DNA of 64,000 bases from an uncultured Chloroflexia bacterium (GTDB lineage Bacteria > Chloroflexota > Dehalococcoidia > DSTF01 > WHTK01), in the NCBI GenBank assembly GCA_963731765.1, contig CAVSWS010000004.1, positions 26,670-90,669 of the forward strand, in the 5' to 3' direction. A model generated the notes under the pieces. That model was not told where the DNA came from. It made no database searches and worked only from the letters and a program-made list of their open reading frames with translations. Position 1 is the stretch's first letter; each line of letters begins with the position of its first letter. Below, one piece after another: positions 51,489 to 60,818 of this stretch. The position numbers were made by a program, and so were the translations under genes.

Positions 51489-52635
51489 TCGACGGGTCCT
51501 CGTGGCGCCCCAGGAGTTGAAGGGGACGCTGACGGCCGTCGAAGCGGCGCAGGCCGTCGAGGCCGGGCTGCGCGCTGCGTATCCAGACTGGCAGTTCGAC
51601 CTGCTGCCCATGGCGGACGGTGGGCCCGGCACGACTGATGCCCTGCTGGCGGCGCTCGGCGGGGAAGGGCGTTCGACGCCGGCACACGACCCGCTGATGC
51701 GCGTGATCGATGCGCCGTGGGGCGTGCTGCCGGGGGGCCGTGGCGTGATCGAGTGCGCGGCGGCGTCCGGCCTGCTGCGACTACGTCCCGATGAGCTGGA
51801 CCCGCGACGGGCAACGAGCTACGGCACCGGGGAGTTGATCGCCGCGGCGCTGGATGAAGGCATCGAGGAGCTGATCGTTGGCCTCGGCGGCAGCGCCACG
51901 AACGACGGCGGCGCGGGCATGGCCCAGGCACTGGGGTTTCGGCTGCTGGATGCGGCGGGCCGGGACATCGAGCCCGGCGGCGCGTCGCTGGCTGGCCTCG
52001 ACCGTATCGATGCCGGTGGGGCGCATGAGGGACTGCAGAGGCTTCGCTGCTTCGGCGCCACGGACGTGACGAATCCGTTGTGCGGGCCGACGGGCGCATC
52101 GGCCGTTTACGGGCCGCAGAAGGGCGCCGACGCCGCGGCGATCGAGGAGCTGGATGCGGCGCTGTCGCATTTCGCCGGCATCCTGAAGCGTGATCTGGGC
52201 GTGGATGTGTTGGAGATGCCGGGCGCGGGTGCGGCCGGCGGCCTGGGCGCAGGGATCATCGCGTTTCTTGGGGCGAAACTGCAGAGCGGCGCCGAGGTGG
52301 TGGGCGAGGCTGCCGGGATAGCGGCGCGTATCGCTCAGGCAGACGTCGTGATCACGGGTGAGGGGCGGCTGGACGGCCAGACGGCGTACGGCAAGACGCC
52401 GCAGTACGTGGCAAAGCTGGCGCAATCGGCCGGCAAGCCCGTGCTCTGCATCGCCGGAGCGCTGGGCGAGGGCTACGAGACCTCCGCGGCGCTGTTCGGC
52501 GCGGTCGAGGCGCTGAGCGATGGTACCGGGCCGCTGCCGACGCGGGCGGAAGCAGCGCGACAGGTGGGCGTTGCGTCAGTGCGAGGCGTCCAGGCCCTCA
52601 TCGACCGAGGTCTGCTCATCGTGCCAGGCGCCTGA
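51472..52635 (+). CDS. glxK: Glycerate kinase (GlxK/GarK class)
   Basis: VAPQELKGTL, PMADGGPGT, SYGTGELI, GLGGSATNDGG, YGPQKGA, GAGAAGGLG, ITGEGRLDGQT. Confidence 0.95.
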   Translation: MTSTASRRVLVAPQELKGTLTAVEAAQAVEAGLRAAYPDWQFDLLPMADGGPGTTDALLAALGGEGRSTPAHDPLMRVIDAPWGVLPGGRGVIECAAASGLLRLRPDELDPRRATSYGTGELIAAALDEGIEELIVGLGGSATNDGGAGMAQALGFRLLDAAGRDIEPGGASLAGLDRIDAGGAHEGLQRLRCFGATDVTNPLCGPTGASAVYGPQKGADAAAIEELDAALSHFAGILKRDLGVDVLEMPGAGAAGGLGAGIIAFLGAKLQSGAEVVGEAAGIAARIAQADVVITGEGRLDGQTAYGKTPQYVAKLAQSAGKPVLCIAGALGEGYETSAALFGAVEALSDGTGPLPTRAEAARQVGVASVRGVQALIDRGLLIVPGA

Positions 52636-53103
52636 GGCCCTGTCGGCTTCCTGCGCGTCGAGCTTGGCCTTCGCCACCGCGCGCTGCTCCGTAATCCAGA
52701 TGAAGGCGAGTAGCCCCAGGAAGATCGCGCTGACCGCGACGGGCAGGATGCCATCGCTGACGCCGATGGTGCTGGAGAGCATGCTGTAGCCCACGGCGAG
52801 GAACACGGCGAGCTGCCCGCCGAAGGGGACCCAGTGCAGCATGGGGTAGCGCTCCGGATGCCAGGCAATGAGCACGTAGATGGGCACCAGCAGCAGCATG
52901 TGGGCGCCGACCAGGCGTTGACCGGCTGTGTCTTCCACGCCGGCGCCCAGCGCACCGGTCGAGGCGTCGTGGAAGAAGGCGAGGACGATGCCGTAGACGA
53001 GGCTCCACGCCGCGATCAGGCCGACGATGATCCGGGTGAGGATGCGCGTGCTGATCTGCGTATCGAGGGCCTCGATCTCGACTTCGTCAGGCACGGCTAC
53101 CAC
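52576..53103 (-). CDS. Four-TM hypothetical membrane protein
   Basis: Four hydrophobic segments; overlaps the upstream gene by 17 nt. Confidence 0.7.
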   Translation of the reverse strand: MVAVPDEVEIEALDTQISTRILTRIIVGLIAAWSLVYGIVLAFFHDASTGALGAGVEDTAGQRLVGAHMLLLVPIYVLIAWHPERYPMLHWVPFGGQLAVFLAVGYSMLSSTIGVSDGILPVAVSAIFLGLLAFIWITEQRAVAKAKLDAQEADRASGAWHDEQTSVDEGLDASH

Positions 53104-53503
53104 CGTGGGGCATGTTGACGATGAGCAGGGCCAGGAAGAACACGGACACCACGATCGTGAGGACGGCGCCTTCGACCTTCAGGTCGTTCGAGGCGACGTA
53201 GTAGAGGCTGGCGATGATGGCGGCAGACTGCTCGACGACGCCGACCCAGAGCACGCCGGGATGACGTATGGGGTTACGGACGAGGCCGTAGAAGTAGACA
53301 GCCACGGGAATGAGGCCTGCGCCGCTAAATGAGGCTTTGGCCCCCATGAAGCCCCCGATTTCGGTGCCATCGATCTTCATGAGGACGCTGCCGAAGGAGA
53401 AGGCGGCGAGTACGGTGATCAGATCCCAGAGCAGCATGAGCACCAGCAGAGTCTGAAGTCGGCGCAGGTGCGTGGACGACGGGCGGCCTTCGATCGCGCT
53501 CAT
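53087..53503 (-). CDS. Four-TM hypothetical membrane protein
   Basis: Four hydrophobic segments; coupled to the next gene. Confidence 0.7.
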   Translation of the reverse strand: MSAIEGRPSSTHLRRLQTLLVLMLLWDLITVLAAFSFGSVLMKIDGTEIGGFMGAKASFSGAGLIPVAVYFYGLVRNPIRHPGVLWVGVVEQSAAIIASLYYVASNDLKVEGAVLTIVVSVFFLALLIVNMPHGGSRA

Positions 53504-53700
53504 GTGTGCCCGATCTTACGGGTAGCGGGGGCGTTTATCACGTCGAGGACCGTCGATTTGCGTAGATTAGGCCGTTCGGACCGTCGACTTGGTCAAGGGC
53601 TCTGAAGCGCGGGCCGCAGCTGCACCTCGAAGCGCCGCTAGCGCAGCCGGGGTTGCTTCGCCTCCGCGTTCGCGGATGCTCTCGTAACAAGTAGCGGCGC

Positions 53701-54075
53701 CTACTGCACTTTCGTGCCGTGAAGGCCTTCTTCATCGATGCCGAAGTGGTGGGCGATCTCGTGGTGGAGGGTGTTCTTGACCTGCTCTGCCAGCTCATCG
53801 TCATCCGGGAAGTCACGCAGGAGGGGACCCCAGTAGATCGTGATGCGGTCGGGGAGGACGCGGTCGTAGCCGGATCCGCGCTCGGTGAGTGGGACGCCTT
53901 CGTAGAGTCCGTAAAGGGTGGCGTTGCCGAGATGGAGGCGACGGCGGGCGCGAGGAAGAATGGCGCGCTCGACGCGGATGACGACGTTGTCCAGGGCTTT
54001 GGCGTACTGCTCCGGTAACGCTTCGAGGGCCTCTGCGATCAGGCGATAGACGAGAACGGCGCGAGGCCGGGGCAT
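53701..54075 (-). CDS. Zincin-like metallopeptidase family protein
   Basis: LYGLYEGVPLTER, PDRITIY, LHHEIAHHFG (HExxH). Confidence 0.9.
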   Translation of the reverse strand: MPRPRAVLVYRLIAEALEALPEQYAKALDNVVIRVERAILPRARRRLHLGNATLYGLYEGVPLTERGSGYDRVLPDRITIYWGPLLRDFPDDDELAEQVKNTLHHEIAHHFGIDEEGLHGTKVQ

Positions 54076-54085
54076 GCAGTCGCGA

Positions 54086-54526
54086 TCAGGTGGCGGTGCG
54101 CTGCCAGACGGTCTGGAAGCCTTCGCCGACGATGGCGTTGCGGATCTCTCGTTTTTCGAGCTTCAGGAGCTCGTTAATCACCTCGTTGCATTGGCGGGTG
54201 CTGTCTTCGTGACCGGATGCGGTGATGCGTTGCACGATGGCGCTCCATACGCCCGTGCTCTGCAGCGTGGTGACGTACTTCGGCCACATGATCGCCGTCA
54301 TCTTCTCCGGCAAGGGGAAGCGCGGGCGCAGTCGCTTCAGGCTGCGGAAGCTCTCTTCCGAGGAGCCGGCGCGGTTGACGACCTTGACCATGGGGCCTTC
54401 GTACTCGCTGAAGCGGTTATCGATGAGCAAGCGCTTATCGAGGAGGCCAAATCGTATACGCACCACTTCTGCGGTTTCGACAGTATGGAGAATTTCGTCC
54501 AGGTTCAGTATGTAATCGTTATCCAT
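54086..54526 (-). CDS. Hypothetical protein (146 aa)
   Basis: Clean ORF directly upstream of the zincin gene; family not recognised. Confidence 0.75.
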   Translation of the reverse strand: MDNDYILNLDEILHTVETAEVVRIRFGLLDKRLLIDNRFSEYEGPMVKVVNRAGSSEESFRSLKRLRPRFPLPEKMTAIMWPKYVTTLQSTGVWSAIVQRITASGHEDSTRQCNEVINELLKLEKREIRNAIVGEGFQTVWQRTAT

Positions 54527-54739
54527 GGGGGTGACTCACTCATGTTATCAGGCCGGCGCCTGGTGTCCAAAGGCAAAGAGGCGCGGGAAATCGAGAATCT
54601 CGCAGAATCGTTGCACTTCGTTACAGGGTGATTGCCCGCTGACTGAGAGGCGGAGAGATGGCTCGACAACGTCCCGCCATTTCGGAGGCAACAGCCAGGA
54701 GCATCGTCGCGGAGAACATCCTGGACTACTAACGTGAGG

Positions 54740-55537
54740 CTAGCCTGGCACCCGCGTACGCCATGGCGTTCGTGCCCGAGTCCAGCGCCGGTAGCTGACC
54801 GTCGCCGTCAGTGCTGTCAGCGCAACGATTAGTCCCAGCACGCCATCGAGGAACCAGTGGTTGCCCGTGACGACCGTCGCGGTCGCCATCATTACGGGCA
54901 TGGCAAACGCGAGCCAGCGCCAACGCGTCTTCGGCAGGGCCAGGGTTAGCGAAACGGCAAGCAAGAACGTCCAGCCGATGTGCATGCTGGGCAGCGCGGC
55001 GTAGTGGTTCACGCCGGGGATATCGCTGTAGGTGGGCGTCAGGCCGGAGTTCAACGTATCGACAAAGCCGACCCCGAGTAGTCTCGGCGGCGCCGTGGGT
55101 AGGGCGAGGAAGAAGCACACGGCGATTGCACCGGAGGTCAGGAAGGCCGTGCGCGCCAGGGCATAGACCTCCGGGTGCTTCCAGAACAACCACGCCGCGA
55201 TGGGGATGAGCATGGGGAAGAAGGCGTAGAAGTAGAACACATTGAAAACGTCCAGCAGGGCCGTGTGGGGCAGGATCCAGCGCTGGACCGAAAGCTCGCC
55301 GTAGATGCCGAGGCTCTTCTCAATGTTAACGATGTGTCGCGCGTTGCCCATCGCGTCTGAGACGCGTCCGCTGGCGAGGCCCCGCACCTGAGAGTAGACA
55401 AGGTAACCCAGCCCGACGAGAAGAAGCTCGCGGAGCAATCGCTTTGGGATCGAGTGCTCTGCGGTTCGTGTGGCGGGAAGCGTTAGGGATGAGCCGTCGA
55501 CACGGACATCCGCTGCTTCGACGAGTTCCTGAGCCAA
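54740..55537 (-). CDS. PAP2-family (Aur1/Ipt1-like) membrane phosphotransferase
   Basis: PTAPPR, YAALPSMHIGW, TGNHWFLD; start tentatively TTG 55537, 7 nt after TATAAT. Confidence 0.85.
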   Translation of the reverse strand: MAQELVEAADVRVDGSSLTLPATRTAEHSIPKRLLRELLLVGLGYLVYSQVRGLASGRVSDAMGNARHIVNIEKSLGIYGELSVQRWILPHTALLDVFNVFYFYAFFPMLIPIAAWLFWKHPEVYALARTAFLTSGAIAVCFFLALPTAPPRLLGVGFVDTLNSGLTPTYSDIPGVNHYAALPSMHIGWTFLLAVSLTLALPKTRWRWLAFAMPVMMATATVVTGNHWFLDGVLGLIVALTALTATVSYRRWTRARTPWRTRVPG

Positions 55538-55574
55538 GACTCTAATTATAGCCCCTACCGCTATGCGCGCCTCA

Positions 55575-56327
55575 TCAGCGGAACATATCGAGCTCGGCCG
55601 CGCGCACAATCTCCTTCGCCGAACCATCGCCGCGCGGGATGGCATAGCCCCGGATCAGGGCGACTGGCACACGGTTCATCTTGCCCGTGACGAGCTCGGC
55701 GGAAGATGCAAGCTCATCGGCGATGCAGATCCACGTTGCCTTGAGCTCGCGGCCGTGCGTGTCCACCTGTCCGACGTAGTCGAGGATGGGCAGCATGCCC
55801 GCGACGCCGATAGCGACTTCCGTGTAGCCGGCGCGCCACGGCCGCCCAAAGGTGTCCGAGATGATCACGGCCACGTCGGCGCCGGTGTGCTGCTTCACGG
55901 AGGCGCGAATGCGGGCAGCGGAGGCGTCGGGGTCGATGGGCAGGAGCATGAGCTTGCCGTCCGGCACGTTGGAGGCATCGACGCCGGCGTTGGCGCAGAC
56001 GAGGCCGTGCCGGGTCTCGCAGATCATGACGCCGCGGTCCATGCGCACGAAGCGCTTCGTCTCGCGCAGGACGACCTCGACGTGCCGGGGGTCCTTGTCG
56101 CCCGCCTGGGCCAGCTCGATCGCGAGGGGTGATGGCTCGATGGTGTTGAGGTCGACGCCACGGTCCTCCGACTTCGAGACGGCCTTCTGGGTGACGACGA
56201 GCACGTCGTTGTCCTGCAGCGTGACGTCCTGCGCCGCGCAGGCGTCCGCGATGAAGCGCCCGAGGTCATCGCCGGGGTTGATCTCGGGGATGCCTTCGAT
56301 GCCGAGGATGGTCACTGGCTGGGCCAT
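55575..56327 (-). CDS. cofE: Coenzyme F420-0:L-glutamate ligase
   Basis: GIPEINPGDDL, VVTQKAVSKSE, ETRHGLVCANAGVDASN, IISDTFGRPWR, IADELAS. Confidence 0.95.
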   Translation of the reverse strand: MAQPVTILGIEGIPEINPGDDLGRFIADACAAQDVTLQDNDVLVVTQKAVSKSEDRGVDLNTIEPSPLAIELAQAGDKDPRHVEVVLRETKRFVRMDRGVMICETRHGLVCANAGVDASNVPDGKLMLLPIDPDASAARIRASVKQHTGADVAVIISDTFGRPWRAGYTEVAIGVAGMLPILDYVGQVDTHGRELKATWICIADELASSAELVTGKMNRVPVALIRGYAIPRGDGSAKEIVRAAELDMFR

Positions 56328-56381
56328 TGGGGCTGCCTTTCCGTATCCCGGCCAGAGGCCAGGATTGATGTCGCATCGATG

Positions 56382-56476
56382 TTTGTGCTCGTAAACCCGG
56401 CGTTCGAGGGCATTCGTGACGTCGGTGTAAAGCACGGTCGAGAGTTGTTGGAGAGAATGTACACGTAGTAGGGCAT
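56382..56476 (-). pseudogene. Truncated, frameshifted GIY-YIG (YhbQ-like) nuclease remnant
   Basis: MPYYVYILSNNSR / VLYTDVTNALERRVYEHK in two frames; the catalytic-motif Gly is replaced by Asp; homology stops after EHK. Confidence 0.75.
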
Positions 56477-56488
56477 CACGAACCCTGC

Positions 56489-56512
56489 AGATTCTTCATT
56501 CCTCAGACTGAC
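56489..56512 (-). repeat. GTCA..CTGAG..GAAG-type repeat directly upstream of the GIY-YIG remnant
   Basis: Minus strand GTCAGTCTGAGGAATGAAGAATCT ends 12 nt before the ATG. Confidence 0.6.
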
Positions 56513-56574
56513 AAAAGGGGCTCATCGGGCAATCCCTTTGTCAGCTCCCGCGCCCTTGAGGGAGAGGTATCTAC

Positions 56575-57225
56575 CTACACCCCGACGATCTTGATCGACG
56601 TCTCCGTCTTGTAGTTGCGGTTGATGTGGACGAGAAGCGTCGTAATGCCTTCGACGAAGTGACTGGTGGCGAGGGGGCCGCCGTTGACGCCTCGCAGGCC
56701 GGGGATCTGCTCCGTGAGCCAGATCACCTCTCGAAGCGCTTCCTTGTCGTCAGAGCTGACGATGACGTCGGCGTCAAGCTCGTGCTCCACGTCGAAGAGC
56801 TTGCGGGCGGCGAGGTTCTGGTAGGCGGCGACAACGCGGGCTTCGGGCAGGAGTCGCTGCATCTCCTGGGCGGCGGAGCCGTCTTCGACCATGAGCATTT
56901 CGACCTTGCCGGGACTGAACTGCATCGGCACGACGGAAGAGACAACGATCTTGTTGCCGATATCGTCCTTCAGCGCCGCCAGCGTGTCGGCCTGGCCCGA
57001 GTAGGGCAGGGTGACGACGATGATCTCGGCGGTGCGGACAGCGTCGGCGTTGGCGGCGCCGCGCACGTTACCGCCGGCGCGCTCTCGTACGTCCTGGGCG
57101 GCCTCTTCCCCGCGCTCGGCGGAGCGAGAACCGATGAGCACCTCCATGCCGGCGCGGGCGAAGCGGGCAGCGAGCCCTTTGCCTTCGGGTCCGGTGCCAC
57201 CGATGATGCCGATTGTCTTGGCCAA
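56575..57225 (-). CDS. npdG: NADPH-dependent F420 reductase (FNO)
   Basis: TTG start after GAGGAG; IGIIGGTGPEGKGLA, IGSRS, NGGPLATSHFVEGIT. Confidence 0.92.
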   Translation of the reverse strand: MAKTIGIIGGTGPEGKGLAARFARAGMEVLIGSRSAERGEEAAQDVRERAGGNVRGAANADAVRTAEIIVVTLPYSGQADTLAALKDDIGNKIVVSSVVPMQFSPGKVEMLMVEDGSAAQEMQRLLPEARVVAAYQNLAARKLFDVEHELDADVIVSSDDKEALREVIWLTEQIPGLRGVNGGPLATSHFVEGITTLLVHINRNYKTETSIKIVGV

Positions 57226-57293
57226 TGAGCGCTCCTCTGTCAGTCGCGGGGAAGGGTTATGATCTGCGCCAAGAGTAAGGCTGCGGGGCAAGC

Positions 57294-58085
57294 GTGAGCA
57301 ACGACGCGGACATTCACATCGCCGTTTCTGGTGTAGACGTGGTCTACAAGGGCAACCGGCGGCCTTTGCAGGCGCTCGCCGCCATCGACCTCTCGATACG
57401 GCGGGGCGAATTCGTCTCGATCATCGGCCCCAGCGGCTGCGGCAAGTCCACGTTGCTGCGGGTGATCGGCGGGCTGCAGGACGCATCGACCGGCAGCGTG
57501 CTGCTGGACGGCCGGGTGCCGCGCGAGGCCCAACGTCAGAAGCAAATCGGCGTCGTGTTCCAGGACCCTTCGCTGATGCCGTGGCGCAGCGTGATCGACA
57601 ACGTGCGATTGCCCCTGCAGGTGAACGGCGGCGGCCACGTCGGCGAGAGTCCGGAGCGCATGGTCGACCTCGTGGGGCTGGGGGAGTTTCGGGGCTACTA
57701 CCCGCATCAGCTCTCCGGCGGCATGCAGCAGCGCGTCGCCATCGCTCGCTCGTTCGTCACGGCGCCGTCCCTGCTGCTGATGGACGAGCCCTTCGGCGCC
57801 CTGGACGAGATTACGCGCACGTCGATGCGCTACGAGCTGATGCGGATCTGGCGCTCCGAGGCGGCCGAGCGCGCCTGCACCGTGCTGTTCGTGACGCACA
57901 GCATCGCGGAGGCCGTGCTGCTGTCCGACCGCGTAATCGTGATGACGCCGCAGCCGGGACGCATTGCAGCCTCCCTCGACATCGACCTGCCGCGGCCGCG
58001 CGACGAGGAGGTCGAGCTGCTGCCGGCGTTCATCGAGTACACGCACAGGCTGCGAGGTCTGCTGCGGGAGCACGCGCTGGTATGA
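57294..58085 (+). CDS. NitT/TauT-family ABC transporter ATP-binding protein
   Basis: GPSGCGKST, LSGGMQQR, LLMDEPFGALD, FVTHS. Confidence 0.95.
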   Translation: MSNDADIHIAVSGVDVVYKGNRRPLQALAAIDLSIRRGEFVSIIGPSGCGKSTLLRVIGGLQDASTGSVLLDGRVPREAQRQKQIGVVFQDPSLMPWRSVIDNVRLPLQVNGGGHVGESPERMVDLVGLGEFRGYYPHQLSGGMQQRVAIARSFVTAPSLLLMDEPFGALDEITRTSMRYELMRIWRSEAAERACTVLFVTHSIAEAVLLSDRVIVMTPQPGRIAASLDIDLPRPRDEEVELLPAFIEYTHRLRGLLREHALV

Positions 58086-58945
58086 GCACGGAGCAGCTGA
58101 AGCAGGACCGCGAGTGGTCCGAGCCGCCGTCGGAGTCGATGACGTTCCTCATGTGGTGGGGCGGGATCGGGCCACGGCTACGCCAGACGGGGTCGCTCCT
58201 GTTGCCCGCCGTCCTGGGCCTCGTGCTGCTGTTCGGCGCGTGGCAAGCCTGGGTGGAGCTGAAAGACGTCAAGCCGTACCTCGTGCCGGCGCCCACTGCG
58301 GTGTTCGAGCGGCTGTACCAGGACCCGTGGCTGTTCATTCACGAGGGGCTGAGGACGCTGGAAGGCGCTCTGCTTGGCTTCGTCATGGGTGGCGGCGTGG
58401 CGCTCCTGCTCGCCGTGATCATGTCGCAGACCCGCTTCCTGGAGCGCATGATTTTCCCGATCGCGATCCTGGTGAAGGTGACGCCGATCGTCGCCATCGC
58501 GCCGCTGCTGACGATCTGGTTCGGGTTCGGGATCTGGCCGAAGGTGTTCATCGCAGCGCTAATCGTCTTCTTCCCGATCATGGTCAACGCCCTGATCGGC
58601 TTCCGGTCCGTGAATCCGAACGCCCTGGCGCTGATGGAGTCCCTGTCGGCCAGCCGGTTCGAGGTGTTCTACCGCCTGCGACTGCCTTCGTCGCTGCCGT
58701 ACCTGTTCGCAGCGTTTCGGTTCTCGATACCCCTGAGCGTGATCGGCGCCGTGGTGGCCGAGTGGTTCAGCGGCGACCGCGGACTGGGCGGCGTGATTTT
58801 CGTGGCGAATGGCAACCTCGACATGGCGACGGCGTTTGCGGGCATCCTCATGCTCGCCATCATGGGCGTCGGCCTGTTCCTGATCACGGCGGCTATCGAG
58901 CGGCGCTGCCTGTTCTGGCACGAGTCGACGTGGGACGTGAGATAG
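58082..58945 (+). CDS. NitT/TauT-family ABC transporter permease
   Basis: TPIVAIAPLLTIWFG, RLPSSLPYLF, GAVVAEW, GLGG; ATGA overlap with the ATPase gene. Confidence 0.93.
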   Translation: MSTEQLKQDREWSEPPSESMTFLMWWGGIGPRLRQTGSLLLPAVLGLVLLFGAWQAWVELKDVKPYLVPAPTAVFERLYQDPWLFIHEGLRTLEGALLGFVMGGGVALLLAVIMSQTRFLERMIFPIAILVKVTPIVAIAPLLTIWFGFGIWPKVFIAALIVFFPIMVNALIGFRSVNPNALALMESLSASRFEVFYRLRLPSSLPYLFAAFRFSIPLSVIGAVVAEWFSGDRGLGGVIFVANGNLDMATAFAGILMLAIMGVGLFLITAAIERRCLFWHESTWDVR

Positions 58946-58981
58946 CCCGGAGGGCCTGGTAGCAAGCAAGGATCGGGTGCG

Positions 58982-59470
58982 GTGAACGAGCAAGCGGACC
59001 TTGTCGATTCTTTCGTGCGCATGCGGGAGACGCTGCTTCGAGAGGCGGACGCGGTGCCGCCGGAGATGCGCGAGACGCCGTTCGTGGGGCACTGGGACCT
59101 GATGGACGTGCTGGCCCATCTCGTCGGGTGGGACTACACGAACCTGCGCGCCATCGAGGAGTTCAGACAGGGCCAGACGCCCGAGTTCTACCGCCACTAC
59201 GACTCCGGATGGGCTTCCTACAACCAGCAGCTCATCGACCACTACGGCAGCAGCGACTGGGTGGCGCTGCGGTCGGCGCTGGAGAAGTCGCAGGCGGCGG
59301 TGGTGGGCGTGTTGCGGGGATTGAGTTCCGAGGAGCTGACGCGGGAGCTGTCGAATGCGGGACGTCGCCGGCCCGTGACGATCGCGGCGATTTTGCGCGC
59401 GGCGGTGCAGGACGAGCAGGAGCACATCGAACAGATCAGGTCGTTCATGGCCGGCCAGGCGCTGCGGTAG
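58982..59470 (+). CDS. DinB/ClbS/DfsB-like four-helix-bundle protein
   Basis: WDLMDVLAHLVGWD...EHIEQI. Confidence 0.75.
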   Translation: MNEQADLVDSFVRMRETLLREADAVPPEMRETPFVGHWDLMDVLAHLVGWDYTNLRAIEEFRQGQTPEFYRHYDSGWASYNQQLIDHYGSSDWVALRSALEKSQAAVVGVLRGLSSEELTRELSNAGRRRPVTIAAILRAAVQDEQEHIEQIRSFMAGQALR

Positions 59471-59602
59471 CGCATCGGTCCATCGACGCCACTCCGGGCT
59501 GAACCGTGGGGCATGGCTTGCCTCGGTCTCGAAAGGCTGAGCGCTGAGAGCTGATGGCTCTCCTGCTTGCGGCTTGTCGCTTCAGGCCCGAAGCTAGATT
59601 CG

Positions 59603-60529
59603 ATGGCGACGGCGTACGCGTTTGAGGGTGAGCGGCTGCGAGGGCTGGACTGGGAGCCGCAGCGCACGTTGCGATGGTTGAGCTGGCGTCCCGATGGCGG
59701 TGTCGTGCTGGGCGTGGGCAACGGAGGCTACGCGGTGCTCTCCGACGGGCGGCGGCTGGATACGGTGGAGACGCGCACGCGTCAGAACCTGCGTGGCGCT
59801 GCCTGGTCCGCGGACGGCTCGAGGGCGCTGCTGGTGGGGAACCGAGGGCTCGTGCTGCGGCTGCGTGGCGAGTCGATCGAAGAAGTGCCGTCGGCGACGA
59901 GCGAGAACCTGCGCCGTGTGGCCTGGCATCCCAGCGGCGCCTATGCGCTGATCACGGGCAACGGCGGCACGGTGCTGCGCTACGACGCGCGTGACGAGCT
60001 GCTCGTGGCGCTGCCGGGGGACCGGGCGCATACCCTCCGCTCGATTGCCTTCCGGTCGGACGGGGCTTACGCGCTGGTGGGGGCGTACGCCAGCCGGTTC
60101 GCCGGTTATCCGAAGCCGCATCCGCTGTATCGCTGCGACGGCCGGTACCTGCTCAGCTTCCTCTCGACGGACGACGAGGACGACTTCGTCTCGGTCGACT
60201 GGTCCAGGTCTTCACGGGCGTTGGTGTGCGGCTATGCGTGGATGCAGGACGGCACGCTGGTGAACAAGGCGCTGGTGTACGACGGCTCGGCCTGGCAGAC
60301 GGTGCGCTGGCCGTCGCGGGGCATCGTCCTCGGCGGCGCCTGGCGGCCGGGGTCGGAAGACGCGCTGATGGTGGGAGAGAGCGGCCTGCTAATGCGACTG
60401 ACCGGCGGCGTGGCCCTGGAGCCACTCAGCAGCAGCACGAACGACAACCTCATCGGCCCGTTCTGGCGACCCGATGGCACCGAAGCGCTGATGCTCAAGG
60501 GCCCGGACGAGAAGGTCTACACGGTTTAG
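59603..60529 (+). CDS. WD40/YVTN-like beta-propeller protein
   Basis: Repeats such as LRGAAWSADGSRALLVG, LRRVAWHPSGAYALITG, LRSIAFRSDGAYALVG. Confidence 0.8.
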   Translation: MATAYAFEGERLRGLDWEPQRTLRWLSWRPDGGVVLGVGNGGYAVLSDGRRLDTVETRTRQNLRGAAWSADGSRALLVGNRGLVLRLRGESIEEVPSATSENLRRVAWHPSGAYALITGNGGTVLRYDARDELLVALPGDRAHTLRSIAFRSDGAYALVGAYASRFAGYPKPHPLYRCDGRYLLSFLSTDDEDDFVSVDWSRSSRALVCGYAWMQDGTLVNKALVYDGSAWQTVRWPSRGIVLGGAWRPGSEDALMVGESGLLMRLTGGVALEPLSSSTNDNLIGPFWRPDGTEALMLKGPDEKVYTV

Positions 60530-60594
60530 GCACAAAGAAACCGCCCTGGGAGAGGCGGTCTCAGGTTGCTTCTAGGAGTACCGGATCTGTGCTG

Positions 60595-60732
60595 TTAGTC
60601 CCCGGCGAATGGGTACAGAAAAAGCAGCGCCAGGAAACCCAGCAGGCCAATGCCGCCCGCGATCCCGAACATGAGCCAGGCAGGGTTCTCAAGGACCTTG
60701 TCTACTTGAGCGAGTATGTCCAGTACCGGCAT
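60595..60732 (-). CDS. 45-aa single-TM micro-protein
   Basis: SD GGGAG; MPVLDILAQVDKVLENPAWLMFGIAGGIGLLGFLALLFLYPFAGD*. Confidence 0.6.
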   Translation of the reverse strand: MPVLDILAQVDKVLENPAWLMFGIAGGIGLLGFLALLFLYPFAGD

Positions 60733-60818
60733 TTCAGTTCTCCCATCTCCGGCGAGTGCTAATTCGTCCCGAATGCTAGCAGACGAGCGCGTTTGGGTCA
60801 CACGCCGATGCAAGTGCG

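Noticed and set aside
54658-54732. 24-aa ORF MARQRPAISEATARSIVAENILDY with a purine-rich upstream region
   Set aside because: No clear promoter, motif or other support; too short to distinguish from chance.
55575-56435. N-terminally extended CofE (286-aa ORF in the track)
   Set aside because: The extension is the out-of-context GIY-YIG remnant; CofE homology starts at ATG 56327.
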